Both the position numbers and the translations under genes were made by a program. DNA of 64,000 nt, taken from assembly GCA_963710755.1 (NCBI GenBank), contig CAVQBK010000003.1, positions 1,184,001 through 1,248,000 of the forward strand. Reading direction: 5' to 3'. Under the pieces are notes generated by a model. The model made no database searches. It saw only the letters and a program-made list of their open reading frames with translations, and was not told the DNA's origin. This stretch comes from an uncultured bacterium. GTDB lineage: Bacteria > Oederibacteriota > JAAXVQ01 > JAUVAV01. This document shows positions 7,810-17,524 of the stretch, one piece after another. Numbering within the stretch: position 1 is the stretch's first letter; the number at the start of each line of letters is the position of its first letter.

Positions 7810-10800
7810 ATGCTAAAACCACGGTGGGATAACCTTGGCCACATGGGAAAGCTTGTATCAAGTCGCCCGACAAGACCGGCCGAGCGCCTGCAGGTCATGC
7901 TGAAGCGCAGTGTAACCCTATTGTTGTCAGTATTTATGTTTTTGCCTCATGTGACGTGGGCCTTTTCTTCTTTGCCAAGATATGGTGATCCCATTGTCAT
8001 CAACGATCGTCCCTTGGCAGTGCCATCTTATTTGGGAAAAATCAGAGCTTTGAAAAAAGGTAAAAACAAACTGGTCATTCATATTCAGGATTTCCATTGT
8101 CACGACCAAATTCAAGAAACCATTGCGCAGTTGATCAAGTACCTTCATTATTCTTATGGGGTCAACCTGGTGGCGATCGAAGGTGCCCGTGGTCCTTTGG
8201 ATATTTCAAAACTGTCTACTTTCCCATTGGAAGAAATTAAGCAGCAGGTAGGCCACTATTTTATTAGACAAGGAAAATTGTCGGGCGCGGAATTGGCGGT
8301 GGCCCTTGATCCCAAGGGCCTGCGATTGGTGGGCATAGAAGATGAGGTGCTCTATCAACAAAGTTACGCTTTGGTGCAAAACTTTTATTCGCGGGAGGTG
8401 GAGGGGGTCCTACTTGATTTGCGCCAAGCTTTCGAGGACCTCAAACCCGCCATCTACTCCCCTGAACTTCGGAAATGGGATAGCCTTAAAGTAGCCCTGC
8501 ATAACGGTAAAATCTCCTTTTATCATTATTGTGAATTGCTAATCAAAGCAGCCCGAACACAACATCTAAATCCGGCACCTTACGGCCATGTCATGACCTA
8601 TCTGGCCACCAAACAGGCCAGTTTCAGCAACACCATAGATGTGAAGGTGCTCTTTCAGCAGGTGAGGGCTTTGGACCAGGCGGGGCGGGAACTTTTCTAT
8701 CAGCAAGACAAGCAACGGACTTTTGACCAATTGCTCGATTATTTGGAAATGATTCAGAATTTACTGGGCATTTCCATTACTGATGACGAATTGGAGATGA
8801 TCCGGCACCATCGGGAAGCGTTCCGCTTAAAACGTTTTCTTGATTTTTATAAAACTTATGGCAACGAAGGCATGCTGCTGCTCGATGATCAAGTGGTGCG
8901 TTTGGACCAATGGGTGGATGACGGCTTGCACTTTTACCAGTTGGCAGATGAGCGGAGCAACCAATTTGTACGCCATACCTTGGAGGCCATGGCAAACCAG
9001 CAACAATCGGTTGCGGTTTTGATCACCGGGGGGTATCACAGCCAGCATATTGAGGAAGCGCTTAAACAAGCCGGCGTGAGTTATATCGGGGTTGATCCCC
9101 AAATGCGTCAATTTGATTTGCAGAACCCTTATACTGAACTCATCCGCGGTTATAAAACCCCTTTGGAAAAAATCCTGGCGCTCAATAATGATTTAATGGC
9201 CTTAAAACCTTTTGCAGTTCCTTTGCAGCGCGGACAATTGCCGGTGGGTGAAAATCTGCCGCAAGATAAACGTAGTGATTATGCATTGATGGACCTCATG
9301 TTGGAAACCGCGACCACGGGGGCTGTGATTAATCGTGAGAAGGCGCGCTTTGTCAAAAAGAAAGTGACGGCAGCGGTAAAGGCTGTCCTGGACAATTATC
9401 CGGCTGATAATCCAAAGGTAGGTTTGGCTCTGGACGACCTGGCGGGCGACAGCCACGTATGCCATGTGCCTCTGAAGCATTCAGCCTTTGAAGCGGTTTT
9501 TTACCATCCACAAGATGATGCTATGGTCGATAAGGTAGCCGCTACCACGGTGCCTTTGGCCGGGGGTCAAAAAGCAGCGTTTTATAAGCGTAGCTTGTGG
9601 CCAACCATTCAAAAGGCGCTGACCAAGGTCAATCGCAAAACCGTCACCACCGTAGCCTTCTCTCTTCGGCAATGGCGTACGCAAGCCAAACAAATTTTGG
9701 GCATCTGGTTTCGCCAGCTGCTGCCAACGGGGGAAAGCCGGGGGTTGATTTGGCGTACGGCCAAAAGCATGGCCATGGCAGCGGCACTGTTTATGGCCGG
9801 TGGGTTTTTAAACATGGCCCAAGCTGCCACCACGCTTATCCATTATACAGTAGCCAAGTATGACCGTTTATCCGCTGTTGCCCGGCGTTTGGGCGTTGAT
9901 GTGTCGAGTTTTCATCTGGCCAATCCTGATCTCATTCATCCCGGCGATCAGGTGTCTGCCGTGGTGGCGGATGCGGATAAAATCAGACAGGCCGGTCATC
10001 ATGCCCGGGGCGTGGTAGACGTGTTCCCCCTTTCGGACAGGGATTTTGATATACCCAGCCCCTCCCCAAAGTTTGATATGCCGCTGCCTTCCCGCGATTT
10101 TGATATACCAGATGGCAGTTTTGCCAATCCATTATCTATGGCGCACACAGCCCATGCCACTTATGTGGAGTCAACCTGGCATGGCTTTTCCCATTGGACC
10201 GCTCAAAGTGTCGACGGTCTTTGGCAATCCCTTCACAGCTTGCCGGTTGATGTTCATTGGCTGGTGGGCGGCATTGCGCTTCTGGCCGTGGCTGGCGCTG
10301 TGGCCTTGGCCAAGCCCGTCATAAGCCAACGCACCGCCAGGGCCTCTATTTCCGATTCCTTGAAAAGAGCTTATGTCCAGCGGGAACGGTTGGAAAAAGA
10401 ACTGGCGATCACCTTTGAAAACACGAAAGGCACTTATCACGAGGTGTTCAGCGGCAATTACAGCTTGCTCAGAGCCAAAACCAAGTTCCTCCTTCGGCAT
10501 GATCTCATCCTGAATCCCTTTGTCCTCCGTTATAGCTTGGACCGCTTAAAAGTATTGGCCAAAGAGGTGGAACTCAAACGCCAGGAAGGATTGGAGGTTG
10601 GTTTTAAACAACTGAAAACCATGCTTGCCCATCCTGCGCTTGTGGTGCCCACTCCGGAAACCCTGGCCGATCTGCCCGGTGCCGCCAAAACGTTGCTGCA
10701 AGCGGCGCATCAAAACTATGCCGAGCCCTTGATGGTGCAAGTGGTGACCCGGCTTTTAAACCTGCGCTGGTTGCAACCCCTGGGCCAAGGACGGTCTTAC

Positions 10801-13800
10801 CCCCAAATCGCCCAAGCCGCAGCCCAAGGGGAAAAAAGCCTGGCCGTGGTTGTCTGGTATCGCGTGATGGTGCAAGGGCTCTCGCGGTTGTTTATCCCGT
10901 TTTTTATGCCAATCATATTAATTAAAAATAATTTGGCCCGCCCCTCCCTGATCACGACTTTGTTGATTATCCTGACCGTGGCTGCCAACGTGCAGCTGCC
11001 CTTGACTCCGCCCGGCTGGATCGTGACGGGCATCATCAGCATGGCGCTGGTGAACGAGGTCCTGATCATCCATTACCTGGATCAGCGACGGCAAGCAATT
11101 AAGGCCAACAACAAGCCGGCGTATGCTTCTGAAGAAGAAAGGAAGCAGGCCGAAGAGGTTGGCCAATTGGCCGTCCGGAAAAAAATTAAATTAGCCGTCA
11201 TGCCTATTTATATGGAAATGATGAGTGATTTGAAATTGGCCATTGGCTTGGTGCCTATTGTCACCCAGCTGTCGCCTGATCCCACTTCCTGGACCATGAC
11301 CTTTGTGTTGATGACGGTTTTGCTGGGCATGATGGGGGTTTTGGTTATGACGGCCAACATTGCCATGACCAGGAGCAGGGAAAAACGGTGGTTGAAACTA
11401 AGTGAACTATTTTGGACCCTCATTGATGAATGGAAAAAGATCTGGGCAGGCATGGTTCAGGACTTTCATGATTTTCTTAAAAACAAGGCCATGCAACCGC
11501 ACACGACGTTGCTGGCCGTCGGGCTGTTCATCATGGCCAGGATGTTCGATTACAGTTCCAAGTTTTTAGCCCTCGGTTCCCTGGCTGCCATTGGTCTTTA
11601 TGCCGGGACAGGGGTCGCCATGATCTTTGTGGCCATTATTCTTATTAAAAATTACACCAAGGACTCGGACTGGTTGGAAAAGTTGGCCACCAATACCATC
11701 AAAATTGTGGCGGCCGTGGTGCTTATTGAAGTCAGTAAATTTCCAGCGGCGTTTTTCATGGCTGTTTTTTTAGGCAATGCGCTGGGCGGGCAGGTGCAGG
11801 ACGTTAGCCTGAAAATGTTTAAGAAAGTAGCCGGCATTTTGTCCTTTGCACAATTTTTCCTCAACGTGGCCGACTTTATCCTACGCAAACAAAAATTATC
11901 GGCATTGCCAATGCAGCGAGCCGACAAAACCAAGAAACGCTCTTTACTCAATCGTATATGGGACAATTTCCAGCCAGGCCAGCCCATTCGGGACATTGCC
12001 ATGTTTTTTGCTTTTGCTTCTTTGCTATTCATTACTTATCATATCAGTCCGGCCGTGCCGTTGTTGCTCAGCCTGCAACTATTCAGCTTGATCGGCCTGA
12101 TTACCAAGTGGCTGACCATGTCCAAAAATTTCAAAGTTAATCAAACCGTTAAAATCACCACTTTGGCCTCCTTGATACCTGCTTCATTGCTGATTTTTTC
12201 CATGGTATTTACAGGCGGCTTGGCTTGGATTGGCCAAACCTGGCCGGCCTTGCTGCCCGAAGCCCTGGCGACCCCCATGGTGCAGTTTGGCACCATGTTT
12301 CATTTTCTGAACGGTACGCTGGTGGATCTTTCCGTTTTTGTGGTATTTATGTACAGCCTGCTTGGTTTCTCCAGCGTGCTCAAGGATCAGGATAAGATCA
12401 GCAAAGTATCGGAAGTGGCCTATTCCAGGACCAAGACGCTGCAGCAAATTATTGATCATTATATTGAAGGTGTGGTGCTCTATATTTATCAACATCCCGG
12501 CGTGACACCGGACATGGCCAGGCTCAGGCAACTTTGCAAAACCGGTCATCTGCTTTTGGTGCCCAAAAAAGCGGCCCCCAGTTGGATGGGCGATCTGATC
12601 AAAAGCGGGATATTTTCCTTTGGCAATGAAATTTATATCCGCCGCCGGGTTTTTAACCTGGTCAGCGACCGTACCGTGGCCGGGTTGGTAATCCGTGAAG
12701 GCCTGCTGCAAGCCGGGCTGCCCATAGGGGAAGTCCGGGCCATTGTGGAACATCTGACCCACCGTTCGGCCGTGGATCTGGCCTTATTGCCAAAAAAAAT
12801 TCTGGAGAGCAAGGAAATGGAAATGGACACGGTCCTGGCTTTTGAAAGGACCGGCAAGCCATTAAGCGAGAAGAAAAGAGCCAAGCGGCAATATCATGCT
12901 CTGCAATGGCGTTACAACCTTACTTTTGAAACACCATTCCAGGACGATATCCAAACCTTTTGCGGTAACTGGGGGGACCTGAATAATAAAATTCAGATCC
13001 TTCTGCTTCATGGCATTACGCCTCATCCCTTTTTCTTGAAGTATGAACAGAACCAAATTGAGGCAGCAGCCAAGATCCTGGAGCAACAAAAAAAACCAGG
13101 CCGCCGTCTGAGCTTGGGAGATTACAAATGGGCCATGGAGCAGGTCATTGAAAGGGAAGCGGCGCACGAAGGGACATCTATTTTGGAAGTCCAGGAAAAT
13201 GCCCACCTGGATGAGGACAGTTATTTCCAAACCGCAGGTAGTGACATTAAAAGCCTGGAGCGCCGTGGGGAACAACAGACTGACAAGGCGGTGGTCAACT
13301 TGGAAGGTTGGGCTTTGATTAAACAAAGCGCCATTAATTTTTTCTACCGTCATGATGAGCGGGAACCAAAGAGACGGGTGTTGCGGCTGCCCTGGCTCAT
13401 TTTGGTCGTCATCCTCCTTGGGCCCGTGGCCATGATCAAAGAAGCAGCCGTTTCCGTGAGCCATGCGGTGGTGGCCATCAACCGCAAGCTTTTTATGCAA
13501 CGCCACAAGGAACTCAAAACGGCGGAGGTGGCGCCAGAAACTTGGGAGGATAAGAAGGGGTTATTAAGACAATACGGCCTACCCTTGGATCCCTTCTTTG
13601 ACTTATTCAGCTTGGCCAGATTAACTATTGCGCTACCCAAAATTAAACAAAAAATAGAGGAAGGAAACCGCCCCGATACCAGCCTCTATGTGCAAGTACT
13701 CCAAGAAAGCCAGCGTTCCAAGGGGCCTGGAAAAGGCCATCATTCCCAAAAGCATGCCGCCATCTTCTCGCCGGCTCTCGATGGTCAAGAATTAGGATAT

Positions 13801-16014
13801 CTGACAGAGCAAGCCGCTGCGGGCGCCATGCCCGTCAAAGAGGAATTGGGATTCTGGGGCAAGGTTCTGGAAAAGATATTAATGGTCATTATATTTGAAG
13901 AAAATAATGATGGGATCGATCAGCGACAGCTGCGCTGGCCCTGGTCCAAGCTGGGTCCGATGGTAAGAGGGGCGCTTGCTTACAGCCGGTTGTTGCTGGC
14001 CTCCTGGCTAACCGCGCCGGCCCACACAAAGGAAGTGACGGTGGACGAAACCCAGCCAGCCGTCAGGCGTCTGCTCTTGGAGGCCGGCTTGCCAGATGTG
14101 ATGACCACCAGCTTTTTAGCCAACCGTGCCGGCTTTGAAATTAAACCAGTCCACTTGGCGGGGATTAAGGTGGAAGGCCGCTTGCCGTGGTTGAAGCCAG
14201 CCTATTGGCAGGGATATTACCAAGAGGAAGGCCGTCATAGGGAGCCCACCATTTATGTTCCCAATGCTTTGCTTGATATAGTGTTAAACCGCCAAAGCAA
14301 TAGCCAAGCTGGATGGCAGGCTTGGATTGCTGGTCTGAAATACCGAGCGCTGCGATGGTATTTTAAACTGGTGCTGCAGCATCATCGCGATAACTATTAT
14401 GCCCAAAAGGGACAGGACCTGAGTGACCTGATTATTAGCCAACGGCGACAAGCCTTGACATCGGAGTACACTCTTGCACCCTTGCCTGCAAGCAGCCAGA
14501 CCACGAAAGTGAAAGAACAGTACCGATCGTGGTTCCTGGAACAAGCCGGTTGGCTTCATGCAGCTGCTGCCAAAAGTCAAACCGATCCTTTGACCGTTGA
14601 GGCTTATCGCCATCCGCAAGAGCATATGGTTTTGGGTCTGTATGATTTGGTAAGTATTGTCGAGCAGGAATTGGCGCCTTTAAAGCACTGGCTGAATGCA
14701 GGCTCGGAACCAAACACTTTAGATGTAGAAGCCTTGCTGCAACAACAAGCCAAACGTGGTGCTGACATCAGTCCGGTGACGTTGTTACACCAGATCCCTG
14801 AACTGCAACAGACCATGCTCAGTGAAGGCTTGCAGGTTATTCAAACCGCACTGCAGGAGGCGCAGACAACCGCATTGCCGCAAGCCCTGATACGGCAAGA
14901 CAGCTTGGCCTACCTGGTGCAGCATCAGGCCAGCAGATCGAATCATCTGCGCCTGGTTCAGCAGGTTACTGACTATCCGCAGCAGGTTTCCTTACTGTCC
15001 ATGCCCCAGACCGCCCGGCTGTTAATTACTATGATCGATCAATGGATGACCAAAGTCCTGGTCCAAGGGGGGGTGCCGCCACAGGTGCTGGAGCAAGTAC
15101 AGTATCTCACCCAATTGAAGATAGCCTTGCAGGAGATGACGGCGGCGAGGCCAGGGACATTGATTCCTTTGGCACCGTCTTTGGGTCATCGGGTTTGGGA
15201 TTCGGCTGCAGAAGTGGCCCAGGAGGAACAACCTGAGCTCATGAGTCTGGGCCAGGATTTGAACAACTACCAGTATGCTTTTACCAATGGCCGTGTAAAC
15301 GTCATGGAAATCGGAGAAGATGCCATGCTGGTCAGTAGGCAGGTTGTCAATATCACCAGCCTGGATAAATTGGATTCTTCCATCCAGGCCTTAAGCCTCA
15401 TGGAGTCGGGTGCAGTAATTTCTGAAATTTATCAAGGCCGGGAAAACAACGCTGAATCCCCTGAGCCGGACTCATTCTGGCTGGACCCTCTTAAGAAAAC
15501 AGGGCTGCATTTGGTATTGCTGCTCCCGGGAGCTTGGCAACAACCTTATCTGCGCTTTTGGCTAAGCCAGGATCCAGCCTTGGTGGCAGAAGTCCAATTG
15601 TCCAGCACCCCCTCGCCATTGGCCGGGTTATTGCGCGATCATCGGACACCTTTGAGGCAATTATATGAACGCTGGGCCAGGACCCGAACTGAGGACCAGC
15701 TAACCGCTTTGGTTCGTGCCATGATTCGTGTCATTGCCCACTTGGACAAGAAACAGGACATTCAGGCCAGTTTGGAGACCCTGTCGGGGATAAGTCGTCT
15801 GCCGGGTATGCATGCCGAAATGATCGGTAAATGGCTTGACAAGGAAAGTAAGCATTATCAAGTGTTCGTACCGGGGGTGCTCCTACAGCCTGGCCAAGGG
15901 GGCGCGCTGGGAGCGCTTATTGATGTACTCAATCCCCTGCCGGTCCAGCTGGAAAAACAAATAGGCGAACACTATAAACGCCGGCTCTTCCGCGACGCGG
16001 CTCAGGCTGCTTAA
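7810..16014 (+). CDS. Giant (2734 aa) signal-peptide-bearing multi-TM protein, paralog 1; conserved N-terminal domain, LysM domain, internal repeats
   Basis: 8.2 kb uninterrupted ORF with AAGGAG RBS. N-terminus homologous to the ORFs at 41037 and 63289. LysM-like YTVAKYDRLSAVARRLGV...NPDLIHPGDQV; many hydrophobic segments. Confidence 0.85.
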   Translation: MLKPRWDNLGHMGKLVSSRPTRPAERLQVMLKRSVTLLLSVFMFLPHVTWAFSSLPRYGDPIVINDRPLAVPSYLGKIRALKKGKNKLVIHIQDFHCHDQIQETIAQLIKYLHYSYGVNLVAIEGARGPLDISKLSTFPLEEIKQQVGHYFIRQGKLSGAELAVALDPKGLRLVGIEDEVLYQQSYALVQNFYSREVEGVLLDLRQAFEDLKPAIYSPELRKWDSLKVALHNGKISFYHYCELLIKAARTQHLNPAPYGHVMTYLATKQASFSNTIDVKVLFQQVRALDQAGRELFYQQDKQRTFDQLLDYLEMIQNLLGISITDDELEMIRHHREAFRLKRFLDFYKTYGNEGMLLLDDQVVRLDQWVDDGLHFYQLADERSNQFVRHTLEAMANQQQSVAVLITGGYHSQHIEEALKQAGVSYIGVDPQMRQFDLQNPYTELIRGYKTPLEKILALNNDLMALKPFAVPLQRGQLPVGENLPQDKRSDYALMDLMLETATTGAVINREKARFVKKKVTAAVKAVLDNYPADNPKVGLALDDLAGDSHVCHVPLKHSAFEAVFYHPQDDAMVDKVAATTVPLAGGQKAAFYKRSLWPTIQKALTKVNRKTVTTVAFSLRQWRTQAKQILGIWFRQLLPTGESRGLIWRTAKSMAMAAALFMAGGFLNMAQAATTLIHYTVAKYDRLSAVARRLGVDVSSFHLANPDLIHPGDQVSAVVADADKIRQAGHHARGVVDVFPLSDRDFDIPSPSPKFDMPLPSRDFDIPDGSFANPLSMAHTAHATYVESTWHGFSHWTAQSVDGLWQSLHSLPVDVHWLVGGIALLAVAGAVALAKPVISQRTARASISDSLKRAYVQRERLEKELAITFENTKGTYHEVFSGNYSLLRAKTKFLLRHDLILNPFVLRYSLDRLKVLAKEVELKRQEGLEVGFKQLKTMLAHPALVVPTPETLADLPGAAKTLLQAAHQNYAEPLMVQVVTRLLNLRWLQPLGQGRSYPQIAQAAAQGEKSLAVVVWYRVMVQGLSRLFIPFFMPIILIKNNLARPSLITTLLIILTVAANVQLPLTPPGWIVTGIISMALVNEVLIIHYLDQRRQAIKANNKPAYASEEERKQAEEVGQLAVRKKIKLAVMPIYMEMMSDLKLAIGLVPIVTQLSPDPTSWTMTFVLMTVLLGMMGVLVMTANIAMTRSREKRWLKLSELFWTLIDEWKKIWAGMVQDFHDFLKNKAMQPHTTLLAVGLFIMARMFDYSSKFLALGSLAAIGLYAGTGVAMIFVAIILIKNYTKDSDWLEKLATNTIKIVAAVVLIEVSKFPAAFFMAVFLGNALGGQVQDVSLKMFKKVAGILSFAQFFLNVADFILRKQKLSALPMQRADKTKKRSLLNRIWDNFQPGQPIRDIAMFFAFASLLFITYHISPAVPLLLSLQLFSLIGLITKWLTMSKNFKVNQTVKITTLASLIPASLLIFSMVFTGGLAWIGQTWPALLPEALATPMVQFGTMFHFLNGTLVDLSVFVVFMYSLLGFSSVLKDQDKISKVSEVAYSRTKTLQQIIDHYIEGVVLYIYQHPGVTPDMARLRQLCKTGHLLLVPKKAAPSWMGDLIKSGIFSFGNEIYIRRRVFNLVSDRTVAGLVIREGLLQAGLPIGEVRAIVEHLTHRSAVDLALLPKKILESKEMEMDTVLAFERTGKPLSEKKRAKRQYHALQWRYNLTFETPFQDDIQTFCGNWGDLNNKIQILLLHGITPHPFFLKYEQNQIEAAAKILEQQKKPGRRLSLGDYKWAMEQVIEREAAHEGTSILEVQENAHLDEDSYFQTAGSDIKSLERRGEQQTDKAVVNLEGWALIKQSAINFFYRHDEREPKRRVLRLPWLILVVILLGPVAMIKEAAVSVSHAVVAINRKLFMQRHKELKTAEVAPETWEDKKGLLRQYGLPLDPFFDLFSLARLTIALPKIKQKIEEGNRPDTSLYVQVLQESQRSKGPGKGHHSQKHAAIFSPALDGQELGYLTEQAAAGAMPVKEELGFWGKVLEKILMVIIFEENNDGIDQRQLRWPWSKLGPMVRGALAYSRLLLASWLTAPAHTKEVTVDETQPAVRRLLLEAGLPDVMTTSFLANRAGFEIKPVHLAGIKVEGRLPWLKPAYWQGYYQEEGRHREPTIYVPNALLDIVLNRQSNSQAGWQAWIAGLKYRALRWYFKLVLQHHRDNYYAQKGQDLSDLIISQRRQALTSEYTLAPLPASSQTTKVKEQYRSWFLEQAGWLHAAAAKSQTDPLTVEAYRHPQEHMVLGLYDLVSIVEQELAPLKHWLNAGSEPNTLDVEALLQQQAKRGADISPVTLLHQIPELQQTMLSEGLQVIQTALQEAQTTALPQALIRQDSLAYLVQHQASRSNHLRLVQQVTDYPQQVSLLSMPQTARLLITMIDQWMTKVLVQGGVPPQVLEQVQYLTQLKIALQEMTAARPGTLIPLAPSLGHRVWDSAAEVAQEEQPELMSLGQDLNNYQYAFTNGRVNVMEIGEDAMLVSRQVVNITSLDKLDSSIQALSLMESGAVISEIYQGRENNAESPEPDSFWLDPLKKTGLHLVLLLPGAWQQPYLRFWLSQDPALVAEVQLSSTPSPLAGLLRDHRTPLRQLYERWARTRTEDQLTALVRAMIRVIAHLDKKQDIQASLETLSGISRLPGMHAEMIGKWLDKESKHYQVFVPGVLLQPGQGGALGALIDVLNPLPVQLEKQIGEHYKRRLFRDAAQAA

Positions 16015-16048
16015 AAGTCATTAAGTCGCTAAAAAAAGCATTTTTATC

Positions 16049-16077
16049 TTGACAAAAGGCCATTAAATTCATAAATT
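16049..16077 (+). promoter_or_regulatory. Sigma70-type promoter of rplM-rpsI
   Basis: TTGACA, 17 bp spacer, TAAATT. Confidence 0.6.
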
Positions 16078-16181
16078 GTTCACTCTGTTCTTGGCCCTTT
16101 AGGGAAGCACCTGTCCTTTTCAAATCGCAGGTCCCTTTCCCGGGTATTTTAGGTAGATGAATGATGCAGGAGGAATAGCAT

Positions 16182-16610
16182 ATGTCCACGCCTTTTCCCA
16201 AAGGTGGTAATGTAGATCGCAAATGGTTCCTGGTTGACTTGGATGGTGTTGTCCTAGGTCGTGCCGCCAGTAAAATAGCCAGTATCCTTAAAGGAAAACA
16301 CAAACCCATCTATACCCCCCATGCGGATACCGGGGATTTTGTGGTGGTCGTCAATGCGGAAAAAGTTCGTTTGACCGGGAAGAAACTCGACCAAAAAATA
16401 GATTTCACCCATTCCGGATGGCCGGGCGGAGCCAAATACACGCCCTATAAAGAATTGATTGCCAAACATCCGGAACGGTTGTTCCAACTGGCTGTGAAGG
16501 GCATGCTGCCAAAAAACAGCCTCGGCCAAGCGATGATTAAAAAACTTAAAATCTATAAGGGTGCAGAGCATCAACAGCAAGCTCAACATCCGGAAAAATT
16601 GGAGATTTAA
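16182..16610 (+). CDS. rplM: 50S ribosomal protein L13
   Basis: [41 protein letters not shown]. Confidence 0.98.
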   Translation: MSTPFPKGGNVDRKWFLVDLDGVVLGRAASKIASILKGKHKPIYTPHADTGDFVVVVNAEKVRLTGKKLDQKIDFTHSGWPGGAKYTPYKELIAKHPERLFQLAVKGMLPKNSLGQAMIKKLKIYKGAEHQQQAQHPEKLEI

Positions 16611-16613
16611 GGC

Positions 16614-17024
16614 ATGGAAAACAGTGCTCAAGCAACCCCGTTAGAATTTATTGGCGCCGGACGGCGCAAAACCTCGGTGGCCCGGGTACGGTTAAGGCCA
16701 GGGCAAGGACAGATCACCATTAATCGTTTGCCGGCGGAACAATATTTCCACAGCCGTACCCATCAGCAATTGATCCGCAAACCCCTGGAGGCTACGGCTA
16801 CGGCCAACAAATTTGATGTCTGGATTAATGTCAAAGGCGGGGGCTTTACCGGTCAGAGCGGTGCTATTATTCATGGTTTGGCCAGAGCCTTAGTACAGGC
16901 GGATATGGATTTGAAATCCACCCTTTCCAAAGCTGGTTATCTCACCCGCGATTCCCGTATGGTCGAACGTAAAAAATACGGCCAACCGGGCGCCAGAAAA
17001 AGATTCCAATTCTCAAAACGTTAA
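16614..17024 (+). CDS. rpsI: 30S ribosomal protein S9
   Basis: GRRKTSVARV, GGG.TGQ.GAI, LTRD.RMVERKKYG...ARKRFQFSKR. Confidence 0.98.
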   Translation: MENSAQATPLEFIGAGRRKTSVARVRLRPGQGQITINRLPAEQYFHSRTHQQLIRKPLEATATANKFDVWINVKGGGFTGQSGAIIHGLARALVQADMDLKSTLSKAGYLTRDSRMVERKKYGQPGARKRFQFSKR

Positions 17025-17039
17025 TATAAATTTTTATCC

Positions 17040-17076
17040 AAAAGCGCTGTCCATAGATATGGGCAGCGCTTTTTTT
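17040..17076 (+). terminator. Rho-independent terminator after rpsI
   Basis: AAAGCGCTGTCCAT-AGAT-ATGGGCAGCGCTTT plus a T run. Confidence 0.88.
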
Positions 17077-17243
17077 ATTACGTTATCGCGAATAGCCCAC
17101 AGCTTGCTGCGCGGTATTTGATGACTCCTCCTTTTATTTTTCCTGATATTCCACAACCCCTATTTATTTGATTGCCCCTAAGACAATGGCTCTTACCATT
17201 ATTTATATTTCCAAGCCGGCGGCGCTGCAACTGAAACTATCCA

Positions 17244-17421
17244 GTTCTTGTTGCGGAAACAGATTTTTTCGATCTTAATAAAAAATCCCTCTCCTCTTGG
17301 GAGAGGTAAGGTGAGGGATTATATTTAGAATCAAAGGCTTTTACCCCCTCACCCTTCCCCTCTCCCCCAAATTCGGGGGAGAGGGGATATGAAAATGTCC
17401 TTTCCGCAACAGAAACGAGCT
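17244..17421. mobile_element. MITE-like element, family B (TIR GTT..TGTTGCGGAAA), with BoxC-like internal palindromes
   Basis: Left GTTCTTGTTGCGGAAA and right TTTCCGCAACAGAAAC are complementary at 14/16 positions. Interior has CCCTCTCC..GGGAGAGG and CCCTCACCCTTCCCCTCTCCCCC..GGGGGAGAGGGG. Confidence 0.55.
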
Positions 17422-17452
17422 GTAAAAAAAGTGGGGACCTGTCTTTTATTTA

Positions 17453-17481
17453 TTGACAAAGTGGCATGTGGGGGGTAAATT
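17453..17481 (+). promoter_or_regulatory. dcw cluster (mraZ) promoter
   Basis: TTGACA, 17 bp spacer, TAAATT, flanked by GTGG boxes. Confidence 0.65.
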
Positions 17482-17490
17482 ATCCCAAGA

Positions 17491-17520
17491 AGTGGGGAAA
17501 AGTGGTGGAAAGTGGGGATA
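17491..17520 (+). promoter_or_regulatory. MraZ-binding direct repeats
   Basis: AGTGGGGAAA AGTGGTGGAA AGTGGGGATA: three 10 bp-phased GTGG(G) repeats directly upstream of mraZ, as in known MraZ operators. Confidence 0.8.
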
Positions 17521-17524
17521 ACTC

